Origin: Bdellovibrionales bacterium
Lineage (GTDB): Bacteria; Bdellovibrionota; Bdellovibrionia; Bdellovibrionales; JAUICD01
Direction: 5' to 3'
NCBI GenBank assembly: GCA_965262715.1
Contig: OZ253553.1
Location: 2,592,001-2,656,000, forward strand
Length of the DNA: 64,000 bases
How positions within the stretch are numbered: position 1 is the stretch's first letter; the number at the start of each line of letters is the position of its first letter. This document shows, in pieces, positions 53,701 through 63,476 of this stretch. The notes below the pieces were generated by a model. It saw only the letters and a list, made by a program, of their open reading frames with translations. It searched no databases and was not told where the DNA came from. The position numbers and the translations under genes are program-made.

Positions 53701-54342
53701 TTTTTTAGATTGACGTTCTAAGGATGATAAATGTCTTTTTAATTCATTTATGATGTCATTTAATCTTGTAAGATTTTCTTCTGTTGCTATAAGTTTTCTT
53801 TGAGATTCTTTTTTTCGAGCTTTAAATTTGGTGATCCCAGAGGCTTCTTCTATAAGTGCTCGCATTTCTTCTGGTTTGGCTGTTACCATCCTGCTGATAG
53901 CACCTTGTTCTATAAGACTAAAACCTCTAGAGCCTGCACCTGTGTCCATAAATATGTCATAAATGTCTCTTAGTCTGACAGGTTCCTGTTGGATTAGATA
54001 TTGTGACTCTCCTGAGCGGTGTAGTCTTCTTGTGATTTGAATTTCAGAGTAATTAAGGTATTTTACTGGAAAATGTTTGCCATCATTCTCTAATATAAGT
54101 GATACTTCAGCTAGTCCGCCAGGGACATATCCTTGAGAACCTTGAAAGATCACATCCTCCATAGAAGAGCCTCTAAGGCCTTTTGCAGACATTTCGCCCA
54201 TAACCCATTGAAGAGCGTCTACTATATTTGACTTTCCACAACCATTTGGTCCAACTACAGCTGTGATATTTGCATCAAAATGGATCACTGTTTTGTCTTT
54301 GAAAGACTTAAAGCCTGTAATCTCTAATCTTTTTATCCTCAA
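50707..54342 (-). CDS. smc: Chromosome segregation protein SMC
   Basis: GPNGCGKSN Walker A, coiled coils, hinge, LSGGEK, LDEVDAPLD. Confidence 0.98.
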   Translation of the reverse strand: MRIKRLEITGFKSFKDKTVIHFDANITAVVGPNGCGKSNIVDALQWVMGEMSAKGLRGSSMEDVIFQGSQGYVPGGLAEVSLILENDGKHFPVKYLNYSEIQITRRLHRSGESQYLIQQEPVRLRDIYDIFMDTGAGSRGFSLIEQGAISRMVTAKPEEMRALIEEASGITKFKARKKESQRKLIATEENLTRLNDIINELKRHLSSLERQSKKANQYKRLQEKVEKQDILISSKDFLDLKEKYTSTQSLSQDISDKEMHFQNQILGAEKQREIKKLSQLECEKKIETQQQSIEDTRKIVREKETLIQGLEFHIEQSQKQEILHSDLISETQSKKEVLQKNLQELSNSHETLQKEAHRIESLYHTLNTKYENNQSQLQEDEKSLKQKQEELMKLQQKNIQLEVQIQSLQTKQEEYQIQEDEAQSLLENLITKDKEFAKVQNSVERELEGARQLQLNLTSDIEGFKTDKDHLLSSLTEQKEKTDQLKNSKNELASKLNALEDLYRNFEGFQKGVKEILIWKQQQIQDPNALEQPKESPFVPVADIIDVPTKYELALEAVLGTNLQTVLAKSMDDIFRALDFLKQNQCGRASFLHTSIDRPSFDMIKEDSVIGLLKDFVSTDEKYKPCVDTLLYKVAIVNSISLDLSQKYPDWTFVTLDGDTIFPNHIVMGGTSDDLDSGRLKLRREMKEVLEQKTTYEKQLTLEEAQLKTTEKRLNDLEKDFERTQKSHLQQEVKVVELKKDLERISKQLTDSKDFLEKQNKEVDRLFTQKLSQKEQIDSLTKELETSNYQKQDIDSEIQKLTEHISMSQKHLDALRQEVHQLRVDSVARTQEAQGKSHQKEIIQKQLDETSDRMTHLIEEEQKNTQTYTDNQEKHKKEQATLQGLLTEQQNKQETLSKIQNQYEISRSEIEEIDKQLSNLRKESNQIQSKRNDLSLTINTLELKMNTLTETIQERYLVDIQSIAIKYKNGENNDILDKGIHQKDEQQNESIKWDDIDWDETKEKLESLRAQLNKMGTVHLGAIEEYDEVNSRYMFLSQQKEDLILAKDELGKVIDKINKICSQRFKDTFEAVNMRFQKVFPTLFGGGEASLGLIDLKEKEDIGITITARPPGKRLQNVSLLSGGEKALTAVSLIFAIFLVKPSPYCILDEVDAPLDDANVSRFNDLVREMSKYSQVILVTHNKHTMEVCEKLYGITMEEKGISKMVSVDML

Positions 54343-54611
54343 GTGTAAATCTCCCTTTAAGAGTTTTTTCCTTTTTTATCATACATAAGGTATAAATAAC
54401 TAAAAAATAAATTTAAAGATTGTAATTTTAGCGTAAATAAGGTTAAACTAAGATTAGTATTTCATGCTAGATATTTTTTTTTAATGAGATGAATAAAAAG
54501 TATGTCATTCACTACTTACTTAATCATTAAACAAAAAAGATATAAAAAGGGCTAGCTTTTATTAATTAATAAAATGAGTAAAAATTATTAAAATTTTTTA
54601 AGGAGGAACGT

Positions 54612-54794
54612 ATGCGTTATTTTTATTTTTTATTTGCATTTGTTATATCAGCAGTCATAGGCAATTACTCAGCATTTGGCTGTGGCGGTGATGACAATAA
54701 TAATGGGGGTTCTGGTGACTATATGGACAACTCATCAATTATTGTTAGTTGCGGCGGTGATGATAGTAATAACAATGGGGGTTCTAATAACTAA
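54612..54794 (+). CDS. Small secreted peptide with a duplicated CGGDDxNNNGGS motif
   Basis: Strong RBS AAGGAGGA; signal-like N-terminus; followed by terminator hairpins. Confidence 0.75.
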   Translation: MRYFYFLFAFVISAVIGNYSAFGCGGDDNNNGGSGDYMDNSSIIVSCGGDDSNNNGGSNN

Positions 54795-54830
54795 GCTCAT
54801 ATAAATATTTGCTTAGTTATTTTAAAAAGC

Positions 54831-54866
54831 AAAGGCTCTTAAGGTTTTAAGAGCCTTTTGTTTTTC
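54831..54866 (+). terminator. Rho-independent terminator
   Basis: AAAGGCTCTTAA-GGTT-TTAAGAGCCTTT followed by a T-rich tail. Confidence 0.8.
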
Positions 54867-55153
54867 GTTATTTAGCTTTGTTATCTGAATAGCAGAGTGG
54901 TTTTATAGAATAGTGCGTCACCTCATGACAATTTTTGATGCCTTCATTTTGTCATATTGAGCATAATATATGTATGAATCATATATTATGCTTGAGGAGT
55001 TCTAATTTTTTGGATAAAAATCCAAAAATTGGCATGAAAAATAAAGTGTTTCAGTATTATTCAAAAAATGATACATTAAATATTCTCTCCTAGGATTTAC
55101 GCATCAAATTGAATCAGTCAAATCAAATTTAAACTATAAATTATGAGGTCCTT

Positions 55154-55717
55154 ATGGCTCTAGCCTTATGGCATTTTGAGGTATTTAGATACCATCTTTT
55201 ACTTGCTTTTGTTTTCTTTTTATTATGCATGCATTACACCAACTTTGCTTATGCTAGTTATCAGCAGGTAAGTCTTCCAGGTGATAATTATATTTCACCA
55301 TTACAACTACAGAATGAACAGGGAGTTCAAGATACAGCTTGTAAGTATTCTCCAGATTTATTGGATATGGAAATTAGTAAAGTCAATCTTTCTACTCAAC
55401 AGGAAGATATTTTCCAGTTTTACGTAGAAATGAGTGATCTTCAGGTAGAACCTAGTCATCTTAGTTATACATGGGTGATAGAGTTTCCTTCTGGTGCTAT
55501 AGTAAGGCAGCAGCCTGTTTTAGATGAAAATGAAGATAATAGATTGTTGTTGAAACTTGATCAATGGGGCACTTATAGTATAACACTTATTCTAGAAGAT
55601 TCTTTTCAAAACTGCAATTACAGAGTTTATATTTTTCAATATCCTGCAGTAGATCATGATAATGCTGAGTTTATTCCTAGTATACATGCTGAATTTGGGG
55701 ATACGTGGATGTTTTAA
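55154..55717 (+). CDS. Secreted hypothetical protein (PKD/Ig-like beta domain)
   Basis: Signal peptide; LSYTW...GTYSITLILED. Confidence 0.55.
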   Translation: MALALWHFEVFRYHLLLAFVFFLLCMHYTNFAYASYQQVSLPGDNYISPLQLQNEQGVQDTACKYSPDLLDMEISKVNLSTQQEDIFQFYVEMSDLQVEPSHLSYTWVIEFPSGAIVRQQPVLDENEDNRLLLKLDQWGTYSITLILEDSFQNCNYRVYIFQYPAVDHDNAEFIPSIHAEFGDTWMF

Positions 55718-55839
55718 TAGATTTTCAAATGAGGTATATACTGTTTTTTTATGAAAAGCTTCCATAAAAACCTTGATGTGCGCTACATTTATGTTCTAGC
55801 ATTTTTATAAGTGTTATCTAATTGTGAGCAAGATGTGGG

Positions 55840-57195
55840 GTGCTTATGTTTAAAAGAGAGAAGTGGAGCAGTCAATTAGGATTTATTTTAGCCACAACAG
55901 GTTCTGCTGTTGGGCTGGGTAATATTTGGAAATTTCCTTATATCGCGGGTGAAAATGGCGGGGGCGCATTTGTCCTTGTTTATTTAGGCTGTATCTTGCT
56001 TATTGGTATTCCTATTTTTATGTCAGAGTTATTTATAGGCCAGAAAGGGCAATCAAATGTCGTTGATTCTTTTGAGAAGTTAGATAAAAAGGACAGCCCA
56101 TGGCAAGCATGTGGATGGTTATTGTTTGTATCACCTATATTGGTTTTATCTTTCTATAGTGTCGTTGGTGGGTGGTGTTTAGATTTCGCATTTAACTCAG
56201 TGATGAACAGATTTTCCGGTATGTCCCAGGATCAAGCTTTAGGTGTATTGGGCGGTCTTTTTGAAAATTCGACAAGGCAAATCTTATGGCATGGTATTTT
56301 TATGAGTATTTGTATATTTATTGTTTATAATGGAGTTCAAAAAGGATTAGAGCGTTGGAATAAAATATTGATCCCTTTATTAATATTGATTTTGGGAGGT
56401 CTTTTTATCAAATCATTTTTCCTTGAAGGGTTTGGTGAAGCTTTAAAATTTTTATTTGTACCTGACTTTACACAGATTTCAGTTGAGGGTGTATTAGTTG
56501 CTATAGGGCATTCTTTTTTCACTTTAAGTATTGCGCTTGGAACTCTTCTTACTTATGGCAGCTACTTATCTACTAAGCAAAAGCTACCTAAATTAGCAAT
56601 AACTGTTGCAGTTTTAGATACATTGGTAGCTTTAGTTGCTGGTGTTGTTATATTTTCTGTGGTTTTCTCTTTTGGTCTAGAACCAGGAGCAGGACCTACT
56701 CTGGTTTTTGAGACTTTGCCTTCTTTATTTGTACAAATGACTGGAGGAGCTTTATTATCTGTTGCTTTTTTTGTGCTTATATCTTTAGCAGCTATCACTT
56801 CTGCTGTTTCTATATTTGAAGTACCTGTTGTCTTGGTGAGCGAAAAGTTTTGCATCAAACGTGGAACGTCTACCTTTATGTTAGGTGGAGTTGTTTTCTT
56901 GCTTGGTATCTTATGCGCTTTATCTTTCAATCATTTAGCCGATTTTAAAATAATAGGTTATAATATTTTTGATCTTTTTGATAAAGCGACCACTAATTGG
57001 TTGATGCCAATTGCTGGAATACTTATAGCCTTATTTGCAGGGTGGAAGCTAAAACCGTCTGTTATCAATGAGCTTTTAAAGCAACTTCCAGGTGATTATA
57101 TCAGATGGATATTTTTATGGACAATTCGTATTGTTGCTCCTATAGCTATATTGCTTGTCATGCTCAATACCATTATAAAGTTTATCAGCAGTTGA
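55840..57195 (+). CDS. Sodium-dependent transporter (NSS/SNF family)
   Basis: GSAVGLGNIWKFPY, GGGAF, FFTLS, YGSY. Confidence 0.95.
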   Translation: MLMFKREKWSSQLGFILATTGSAVGLGNIWKFPYIAGENGGGAFVLVYLGCILLIGIPIFMSELFIGQKGQSNVVDSFEKLDKKDSPWQACGWLLFVSPILVLSFYSVVGGWCLDFAFNSVMNRFSGMSQDQALGVLGGLFENSTRQILWHGIFMSICIFIVYNGVQKGLERWNKILIPLLILILGGLFIKSFFLEGFGEALKFLFVPDFTQISVEGVLVAIGHSFFTLSIALGTLLTYGSYLSTKQKLPKLAITVAVLDTLVALVAGVVIFSVVFSFGLEPGAGPTLVFETLPSLFVQMTGGALLSVAFFVLISLAAITSAVSIFEVPVVLVSEKFCIKRGTSTFMLGGVVFLLGILCALSFNHLADFKIIGYNIFDLFDKATTNWLMPIAGILIALFAGWKLKPSVINELLKQLPGDYIRWIFLWTIRIVAPIAILLVMLNTIIKFISS

Positions 57196-57204
57196 TAAGT
57201 AAGG

Positions 57205-57690
57205 TTAGACTGAGACAACTAGCGTTTTATGCACACAATCAATAATGTGTTTCATGTCTTTTCTTAGCCAAATATCATCAACAACTTTTCCAATCAGTCC
57301 ATAACCGACAGTGTATTCTATATGGTTCATCATTAATGTATTTTGATCACCATGGTCTTGAAGTTGACATTCATGCCTCCAGTTTTGAAAAACAAAAGAA
57401 GTCTCGCATTCTACAAAGCATTCATTTTTTTTAAAGGCCTCAATCTTAGTCGTCCAACTGCGAGAAAAGCCAAATCGCTTTATTTGAAATTCATATTCTA
57501 CTCCTACTTTCATTTTTTGAGCAGTGGTGACTAGGGAGAGTGAAATATCATTAGGGAGTAATGTGATATATTTGTTCATATCCGTAATATAATTGAAAAT
57601 TAGCGCTCTTTTTTGTGGAATTATTGAGGAAAACTGTATATATGCCATAACTAACCTCTTCATTTTTAAAATAACATTTTTAGCTGTCAA
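57205..57690 (-). CDS. SRPBCC family protein
   Basis: WTTKI...F..WRHE...IEY..GYGLIG pattern. Confidence 0.65.
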   Translation of the reverse strand: MTAKNVILKMKRLVMAYIQFSSIIPQKRALIFNYITDMNKYITLLPNDISLSLVTTAQKMKVGVEYEFQIKRFGFSRSWTTKIEAFKKNECFVECETSFVFQNWRHECQLQDHGDQNTLMMNHIEYTVGYGLIGKVVDDIWLRKDMKHIIDCVHKTLVVSV

Positions 57691-57858
57691 AAAGGATGAC
57701 TTTTTTAATATTTCGGAGAAAGTCTTTTTTATCTTGTAGATTTTTCAAAATATTCTTACCTTTAATCTATTAGCTTGTTTTTGATCTATAGCCAATCTAT
57801 AGCAAGTTTGATACAATAATAAAACCATGACTATGAATAGATGTCTCATAGTTTATGA

Positions 57859-57935
<77 letters not shown>

Positions 57936-57942
57936 TTTCCCT

Positions 57943-58078
57943 AAAAATAAACCTGCCTCTGGCAGTTTTTGGGCAGTCAGCCTGAAGATTTACATCTTCA
58001 AGAAAATGCTGACTGCCTCAAAAATCCGTTTATTTTTAGGAAGGAGACTCCCTTCGTTTTTTAACATAATGTTAAGGG
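57943..58078 (+). repeat. Dispersed ~145-bp structured repeat copy
   Basis: Matches 30564-30710. Confidence 0.85.
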
Positions 58079-58160
58079 AATTGTATTTTGCTGATTTCTA
58101 TAAAATGAACTTGTTTATCTTATTACCACTATATTGCATAAAAGTTTTAAAGACTATGTT

Positions 58161-58224
58161 GGCCTGTCACGCCGGAGGCCCGCCTCGAGAGGCCACGGGA
58201 CTCGAGCCGAAGTCCACTCCGCCA
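58161..58224 (+). pseudogene. Degenerate 3' half of tRNA-Asp (att-like remnant)
   Basis: GGCCTGTCACGCCGGAGGCC identical to the tRNA, a 14-nt insert, then a decayed T-arm and GTCCACTCCGCCA. Confidence 0.7.
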
Positions 58225-58521
58225 TACACAGAAACTCAAAGCTTTTGATGTTTTAGTATAACATATTAAAATTGTTGCAGTTTATGATTATGTCAAAAGC
58301 TCGTAGTCCTCGGATAATTGCTTTTGCAATTATCTTGCGGAAGAACTCGCCCATTTGGCATAATCATTACACCTTTTTCTTTATGATGAACAGAATTAGG
58401 CTTGTCAATTTAGGTAAATACTTTACAGATATAGGGATTTATCCGGTAATCATATCAGCGACTAGTGTCAATCGCTCCTTTAGTGATTGTCCCTTTTGGG
58501 ACTGGTCGCTCCTTAAAATGG

Positions 58522-60294
58522 TTAGTTGATATCATGAAATAATTCGCGATATTGTTCTTTATCTTTGTATTTATTATGTAAACGATCCCAAAGTTCTTTT
58601 TCTATATTTTTTATAAAACATAAATGCCCTTGGATATGAAATTTTTTCTTATTTTCTCCTTCCTCATAATTCCTTAATAATTTTTTTATATAGTTCTTCT
58701 TATTTCTTCCTATAGATATTTTACCTTCAGGGGTAAGATACAAACCTGTTATTTTTCTTTGACCTTTTTTTGACATGTGGACTGTTTTCTTATTGTTAAT
58801 TTGTAAATCAGATGGGTAAGGTATCTCTTTTATAACTTTTTGTACCTCACTTTCCATAATGGACAGTTTATTAGGTTGATCATGAGAAAAAGCAAGATCA
58901 TCAGCATATCTTGTATAGGTTATACCCAAAGAATGACTATATTCTGATATTTTTTCATCAAAAGAATAGAGCAGAATGTTTGATATAATTGGAGAAGTAC
59001 TAGCTCCTATAGGCAATGAAAAATCTTCATTCGTTATTGAGTCATCTTTAAAAGCTATATCACAAATGAATTCAATATATGTATTAAGCTTTTGACATTT
59101 AAGGTTTATATTTTTTAAATATGCAAAAAAATCTTTTCTTTTTATAGAGTTAAAGAAAGATTTAAAATCCAATTTAAGAATGAATTGATTCTTATAATGT
59201 TTTTCTACATTTTTTCTTATATTACTTCCTTTTACATAAGCCATAGCGGACTCATGTATGGGAAATATGTCTTTGTTATCCAGTATTCTCGTTTTTAAGA
59301 CTTTTTGTAATACATCTAATTGTGGTTGTGGCTTTTTATAACATTCAGAGGGATACTTCTTAGAATAAGAATATGAAAAATAGTCTTCATCTGCAAAAAT
59401 TTTCATGTATTTTAATAAAACTAGGTTACTCATTGTTTTGTCAGCGTCAGCAACCTGCTTAAAAATATCTCTATTATGAAATTCGTTTCTTGAAGCTGAA
59501 GGAGAGATTGCAGATAGAGAACAGTCTGCTCTTATCAAACTTAAGAATTTTATTTTATTAAAATCTGGTTCTTCAATTATCAAACCTAAAGATTTTAGTA
59601 TTTTTAAGTGATTACCTAATTTTTCTGTATATCTTTTAAGTTCATTATTTTTATTCAGTTCTTCAATTATTTGTTCTTCAGTCTTCCATGTACAAAGAAT
59701 TTCCAAAAGAGAAAAATATAAACTTGTGGGATTATTTTCTTGCGTCTCTATTCTATAGTCCTTGTCTCTAAAAGAAAAAATCTCTTGAAATATCTTTTCA
59801 TTGTGATTTGTTTTTTCAATATCATAATATATAATCCTGCCCTCAGAAAGACAAGGATCTTTAATAATGGCTCTTTGTATAAATGAGTCTTTATTAAAGT
59901 GTTTCTCATTTAAAATAATCAATAATTTTTTTTTAAGGCTTGGTTCACAAAGGAAGGCTCCAGCTTCAATCATAGCACCACATCCTTCTAAAAAAATAGG
60001 GATAACTGAAGCTAATCTTGCTATATCCATTTCAAAGTCTAATAGGTTATTATAACCACTATTGGTCTCTGTTAAACATGTCTCCCACAAATGTTGTACC
60101 TTTTCTGCGATAATAATTCGTTCATCAGAAAAAATATTTTTAGTTGCTTTCCCACTAACAAAAATATGATTATATTGGTACTCAACATAATCAAGAAACT
60201 TAGACCTCATAGAGTCTTTCTTATTAGCTCCACACAAAAAGGCCATATTGGGAAGTCTGCCTAAGATATATTTTTTTTGGTCCATGACATCCAT
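58522..60294 (-). CDS. Retron reverse transcriptase with an N-terminally fused Ec86/St85-type NDT effector domain
   Basis: N-terminus FLCG, LLDFE, FLEGCGAMIEAGAF, LKKKL, DSFI, then wHTH-like helices; RT motifs AYVKG..IRKNVEKH, LDFKSFF, LPIGASTSP, YTRYADD, INNKKT, ITG. Confidence 0.85.
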   Translation of the reverse strand: MDVMDQKKYILGRLPNMAFLCGANKKDSMRSKFLDYVEYQYNHIFVSGKATKNIFSDERIIIAEKVQHLWETCLTETNSGYNNLLDFEMDIARLASVIPIFLEGCGAMIEAGAFLCEPSLKKKLLIILNEKHFNKDSFIQRAIIKDPCLSEGRIIYYDIEKTNHNEKIFQEIFSFRDKDYRIETQENNPTSLYFSLLEILCTWKTEEQIIEELNKNNELKRYTEKLGNHLKILKSLGLIIEEPDFNKIKFLSLIRADCSLSAISPSASRNEFHNRDIFKQVADADKTMSNLVLLKYMKIFADEDYFSYSYSKKYPSECYKKPQPQLDVLQKVLKTRILDNKDIFPIHESAMAYVKGSNIRKNVEKHYKNQFILKLDFKSFFNSIKRKDFFAYLKNINLKCQKLNTYIEFICDIAFKDDSITNEDFSLPIGASTSPIISNILLYSFDEKISEYSHSLGITYTRYADDLAFSHDQPNKLSIMESEVQKVIKEIPYPSDLQINNKKTVHMSKKGQRKITGLYLTPEGKISIGRNKKNYIKKLLRNYEEGENKKKFHIQGHLCFIKNIEKELWDRLHNKYKDKEQYRELFHDIN

Positions 60295-60640
60295 AGATTG
60301 ATTTTTTATTAATATTAAATATAAATCCCCTTCTTAATAAAGAAGGGGAAATATATGTAAACATAGCTGTATTTTAAAACTGTTTGCAGATATATTCTAC
60401 CAACATAGTAAAGGATATTATCATTATATAATGGTAGTCAAATAAATTATTTCCCTCTATTTTATATAAGTGTTGCTGCCTCCGTTACAGAGACTAACAG
60501 TATATATGATACTATTTAGTGAATGGTTTCTTATCCAATAAAAACCTTTTAGAGGACTTATCTTGTTTGTTTCTATTATTTCCTGAAATATTGTTTTCCA
60601 GATTTTTAAGTAAAAATAAATGGTCGCTGGCTTATTAAAG
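60295..60640 (-). ncRNA. Candidate retron msr-msd region (boundaries unresolved)
   Basis: Non-coding region upstream of the retron gene with hairpins, e.g. CCCCTTCTT...AAGAAGGGG at 60327-60348; a1/a2 repeats not confidently identified. Confidence 0.35.
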
Positions 60641-61016
60641 TTATTTTCATATTTTTAAAACAATCTCAAAATAAGATCAAGGATGTCACATTTGCGTCGA
60701 TCAAATGTCATTTACACTGATTTTGTCTAGCAAAGGAGTTATGAGGGGTTTGGCCGCATAAATTTGATTAAATTCTCAGGCTTTTCTATAATTAAATAGT
60801 AATTTAGAGTTTATAAATATTGATAGGTAGTTTACAAATAAAGACATAAGGGGAATAAGAAAACACTTATTTATAGACAAATAGGATAGTTAAACATGAT
60901 AAAAGATCATATTGCCAGCTCACCTGATATAGAGGAGGATGATTTTAGAAGAACTCCATTTGATGAAAAAATAACTTAAGAGAATTATAAATAAAAGTAA
61001 ATGAAGAGTTGTTTAT

Positions 61017-62399
61017 ATGACAGATAAAAAAATTAAAGATCTCATTTTAACTGGTGAAGGATATCATATAGAGTTTAAACAGGCTTTAGATAAATCTCTT
61101 ATTGATGAAGCTTGTGCTTTTGCTAACTCATCTGGTGGAGATATTCTAGTTGGAGTCACTGATGATGGAATAGTAAAAGGCATTGATATAGACAATCGCC
61201 TTCGCTCTCAAATTCAAGATGTATTGAACCAATTGCAACCAAAATTAGATATTACTATTGAGTCTACAGAAAATCTCATTATTATTCATGTTCCTGAAGG
61301 CCAAGAAAAACCTTATGGGTGTTCAAGAGGTTTTTTTATGAGAGTTGGAGCAAATTCTCAGAAAATGACGAGGAACGAAATCATTGCTTTTTTTAAAAAA
61401 GAGGGACGTGTTAATTTTGAAGAGTTAATTAATGAAAAATCCAGTTTTGAAAAGGACTTTGATTCTAAAGCTTTTAAATATTTTTTAAAGCTTTCAGGTA
61501 TTACTTCGACCATTAAAAAAGAAACTCTTTTACAAAATCTGGATTGTCTAACATCTGATAAAAAACTTACAAACTTAGGGGTTTTGTTTTTTGCTAAAGA
61601 TATAGATCTTATTATGAATTATGCCCTTGTGGATTGTATTTTATTCAGAGGAGCAGATAAAGTTAAGATTTTAGATAGAAAGCAGTACAAAGGAAACCTC
61701 ATTGAAAATATTGAAAGTGCTTTGGCTTTTGTTCAAAGGCACACAAATACCGAATATGTGATTACAGGTAAACCTCGCAGAGAAGAAATTCCTGATTATC
61801 CTGAAACTGCTTTGCGAGAAACCATTGTCAATGCTGTTTGCCACAGAGATTATTTTGAGAAACGGTGTCATGTTGTTATAGAGATTTTTTCTGATAGGGT
61901 GGAGATTTATAACCCAGGTGGATTACCAAGTGGACTTAATCCAAAAGATTTTGGAACGAAAAGTGTTCCGCGAAATCTTTTTATTGCTTCAATGCTACAT
62001 AGAGTAAATTATATAGAGCAAGCAGGAACAGGGATTGGCCGTATCAAAGAGGCACTTGCAAATCATAAAAAGAAGGTGGGACTGGATATTCAGTATAGTG
62101 ATGACAGTATGTTTTATAAGGTTATTTTTAAGAAAGGTAAATTGGTAGAAACTACCCAGAAAACTACCCAGAAAACTACCCAGAAAACTACCCAGAAAAT
62201 TTTAGATCTAATTGATAAAAATCCTTATATTACAAGGAGAGAATTATCAGAGCAAATTAAAAATATCACTCCTGATGGTGTCAAATATCATATAGAGCAA
62301 TTAAAGAAACAAGGGGTTTTAAAAAGAATTGGGGCTGATAAAGGTGGTTATTGGAAAGTGATTAAAAACAATCAGAAAACTTCAAAAATCAAAAATTAA
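61017..62399 (+). CDS. AlbA_2 (Schlafen-like) / RecG C-terminal ATP-binding HTH protein
   Basis: GEGYHIEFK, AFANSSGG..LVGVTDDG, ALRETIVNAVCHRDY, NPGG, RN, EQAGTG; TTQK x4 linker; C-terminal HTH. Confidence 0.88.
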   Translation: MTDKKIKDLILTGEGYHIEFKQALDKSLIDEACAFANSSGGDILVGVTDDGIVKGIDIDNRLRSQIQDVLNQLQPKLDITIESTENLIIIHVPEGQEKPYGCSRGFFMRVGANSQKMTRNEIIAFFKKEGRVNFEELINEKSSFEKDFDSKAFKYFLKLSGITSTIKKETLLQNLDCLTSDKKLTNLGVLFFAKDIDLIMNYALVDCILFRGADKVKILDRKQYKGNLIENIESALAFVQRHTNTEYVITGKPRREEIPDYPETALRETIVNAVCHRDYFEKRCHVVIEIFSDRVEIYNPGGLPSGLNPKDFGTKSVPRNLFIASMLHRVNYIEQAGTGIGRIKEALANHKKKVGLDIQYSDDSMFYKVIFKKGKLVETTQKTTQKTTQKTTQKILDLIDKNPYITRRELSEQIKNITPDGVKYHIEQLKKQGVLKRIGADKGGYWKVIKNNQKTSKIKN

Positions 62400-62511
62400 G
62401 AAAAATCTTTTAATGATCTTTTGAGGAATATAATTATCGTTATAAAAAGATATTTAGAGTTCTTATATACTGTGTTCAGTTAAATTGGAGAATTCTCAAA
62501 GTGATATCTAG

Positions 62512-63381
62512 ATGAAGACTACGATTCTAGTAACATTGATCTTATTGCTCATTTTTGAACTTGCGATAGCTAAAATTCACGTTCAAGGACATCGCGGTGC
62601 AAGGGCAATTTTTCCTGAAAGTGCTCTCGAAGGGTTCCACTACGCTCTTTCCTTAGGAATCGACTTCTTGGAGTTTGATCTAGCAGTTAGCAAAGATATG
62701 CAGGTTATTATCAGTCACAATCTTGCCGTCAATACGACATTGTGTCGTTTTGATCAGGAACAAACTCCCTTTTTTACTTTAATCCTACGAAAGATTAAAG
62801 AGATAGGCTGTGGGTTACTGCTCAGTTTTCTCTTTCCTCAACAACAACAGGTTGCAGGTGCCAAAGTTCCCACTCTTAGTGAATTGTTCGAGTTGGTAAA
62901 AGAATCCCAACTCCCCTCTGCGCAAACTGTTCAGTTTAGCATTGAAATAAAAACATCTCTCCTAAGTTCTAGCCTTACCCCTGAAGTAGGGGAGTTTGTC
63001 CAATTAGTTTACGAAGTCATCAGACAACATGATATGGTGAAACGATCCATTATTCAGTCCTTTAACCACAGAGTATTACGATTAGTTAAAGCAATCGACC
63101 CCGAACTGCGTATTGCTGTTATCCTCTATCCACTGCCTTATTCTATATCCGACCTTGTTAGAACTGCAAAATACCTCGAAGCGGAGTACATTTTCCCGAA
63201 CTACCGATGGATTACACAAAGACAAGTCGAAGAGCTTCAATATATTGGAGTAAAAACGGTGCCGTGGACCGCTAATACTTTCAAACAATGGGATCGAATG
63301 ATAGATTTAGGAGTTGATGGTATTATTACCGATGATCCACAGGCACTCATCGAATATTTGAAGGAAAAAAGACTGCGCTAA
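62512..63381 (+). CDS. Glycerophosphodiester phosphodiesterase
   Basis: GHRGARAIFPE, LEFDL, EIK, QSF, WTAN, GVDGIITDDP. Confidence 0.92.
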   Translation: MKTTILVTLILLLIFELAIAKIHVQGHRGARAIFPESALEGFHYALSLGIDFLEFDLAVSKDMQVIISHNLAVNTTLCRFDQEQTPFFTLILRKIKEIGCGLLLSFLFPQQQQVAGAKVPTLSELFELVKESQLPSAQTVQFSIEIKTSLLSSSLTPEVGEFVQLVYEVIRQHDMVKRSIIQSFNHRVLRLVKAIDPELRIAVILYPLPYSISDLVRTAKYLEAEYIFPNYRWITQRQVEELQYIGVKTVPWTANTFKQWDRMIDLGVDGIITDDPQALIEYLKEKRLR

Positions 63382-63476
63382 ATACATATGATATTGAAAG
63401 ATTGTCCTTGTGAGTGTTCTTTCCAAATAACGCTTAATATAATCAATAGATTGCGGCTATAGCACCATCTCCGCAA

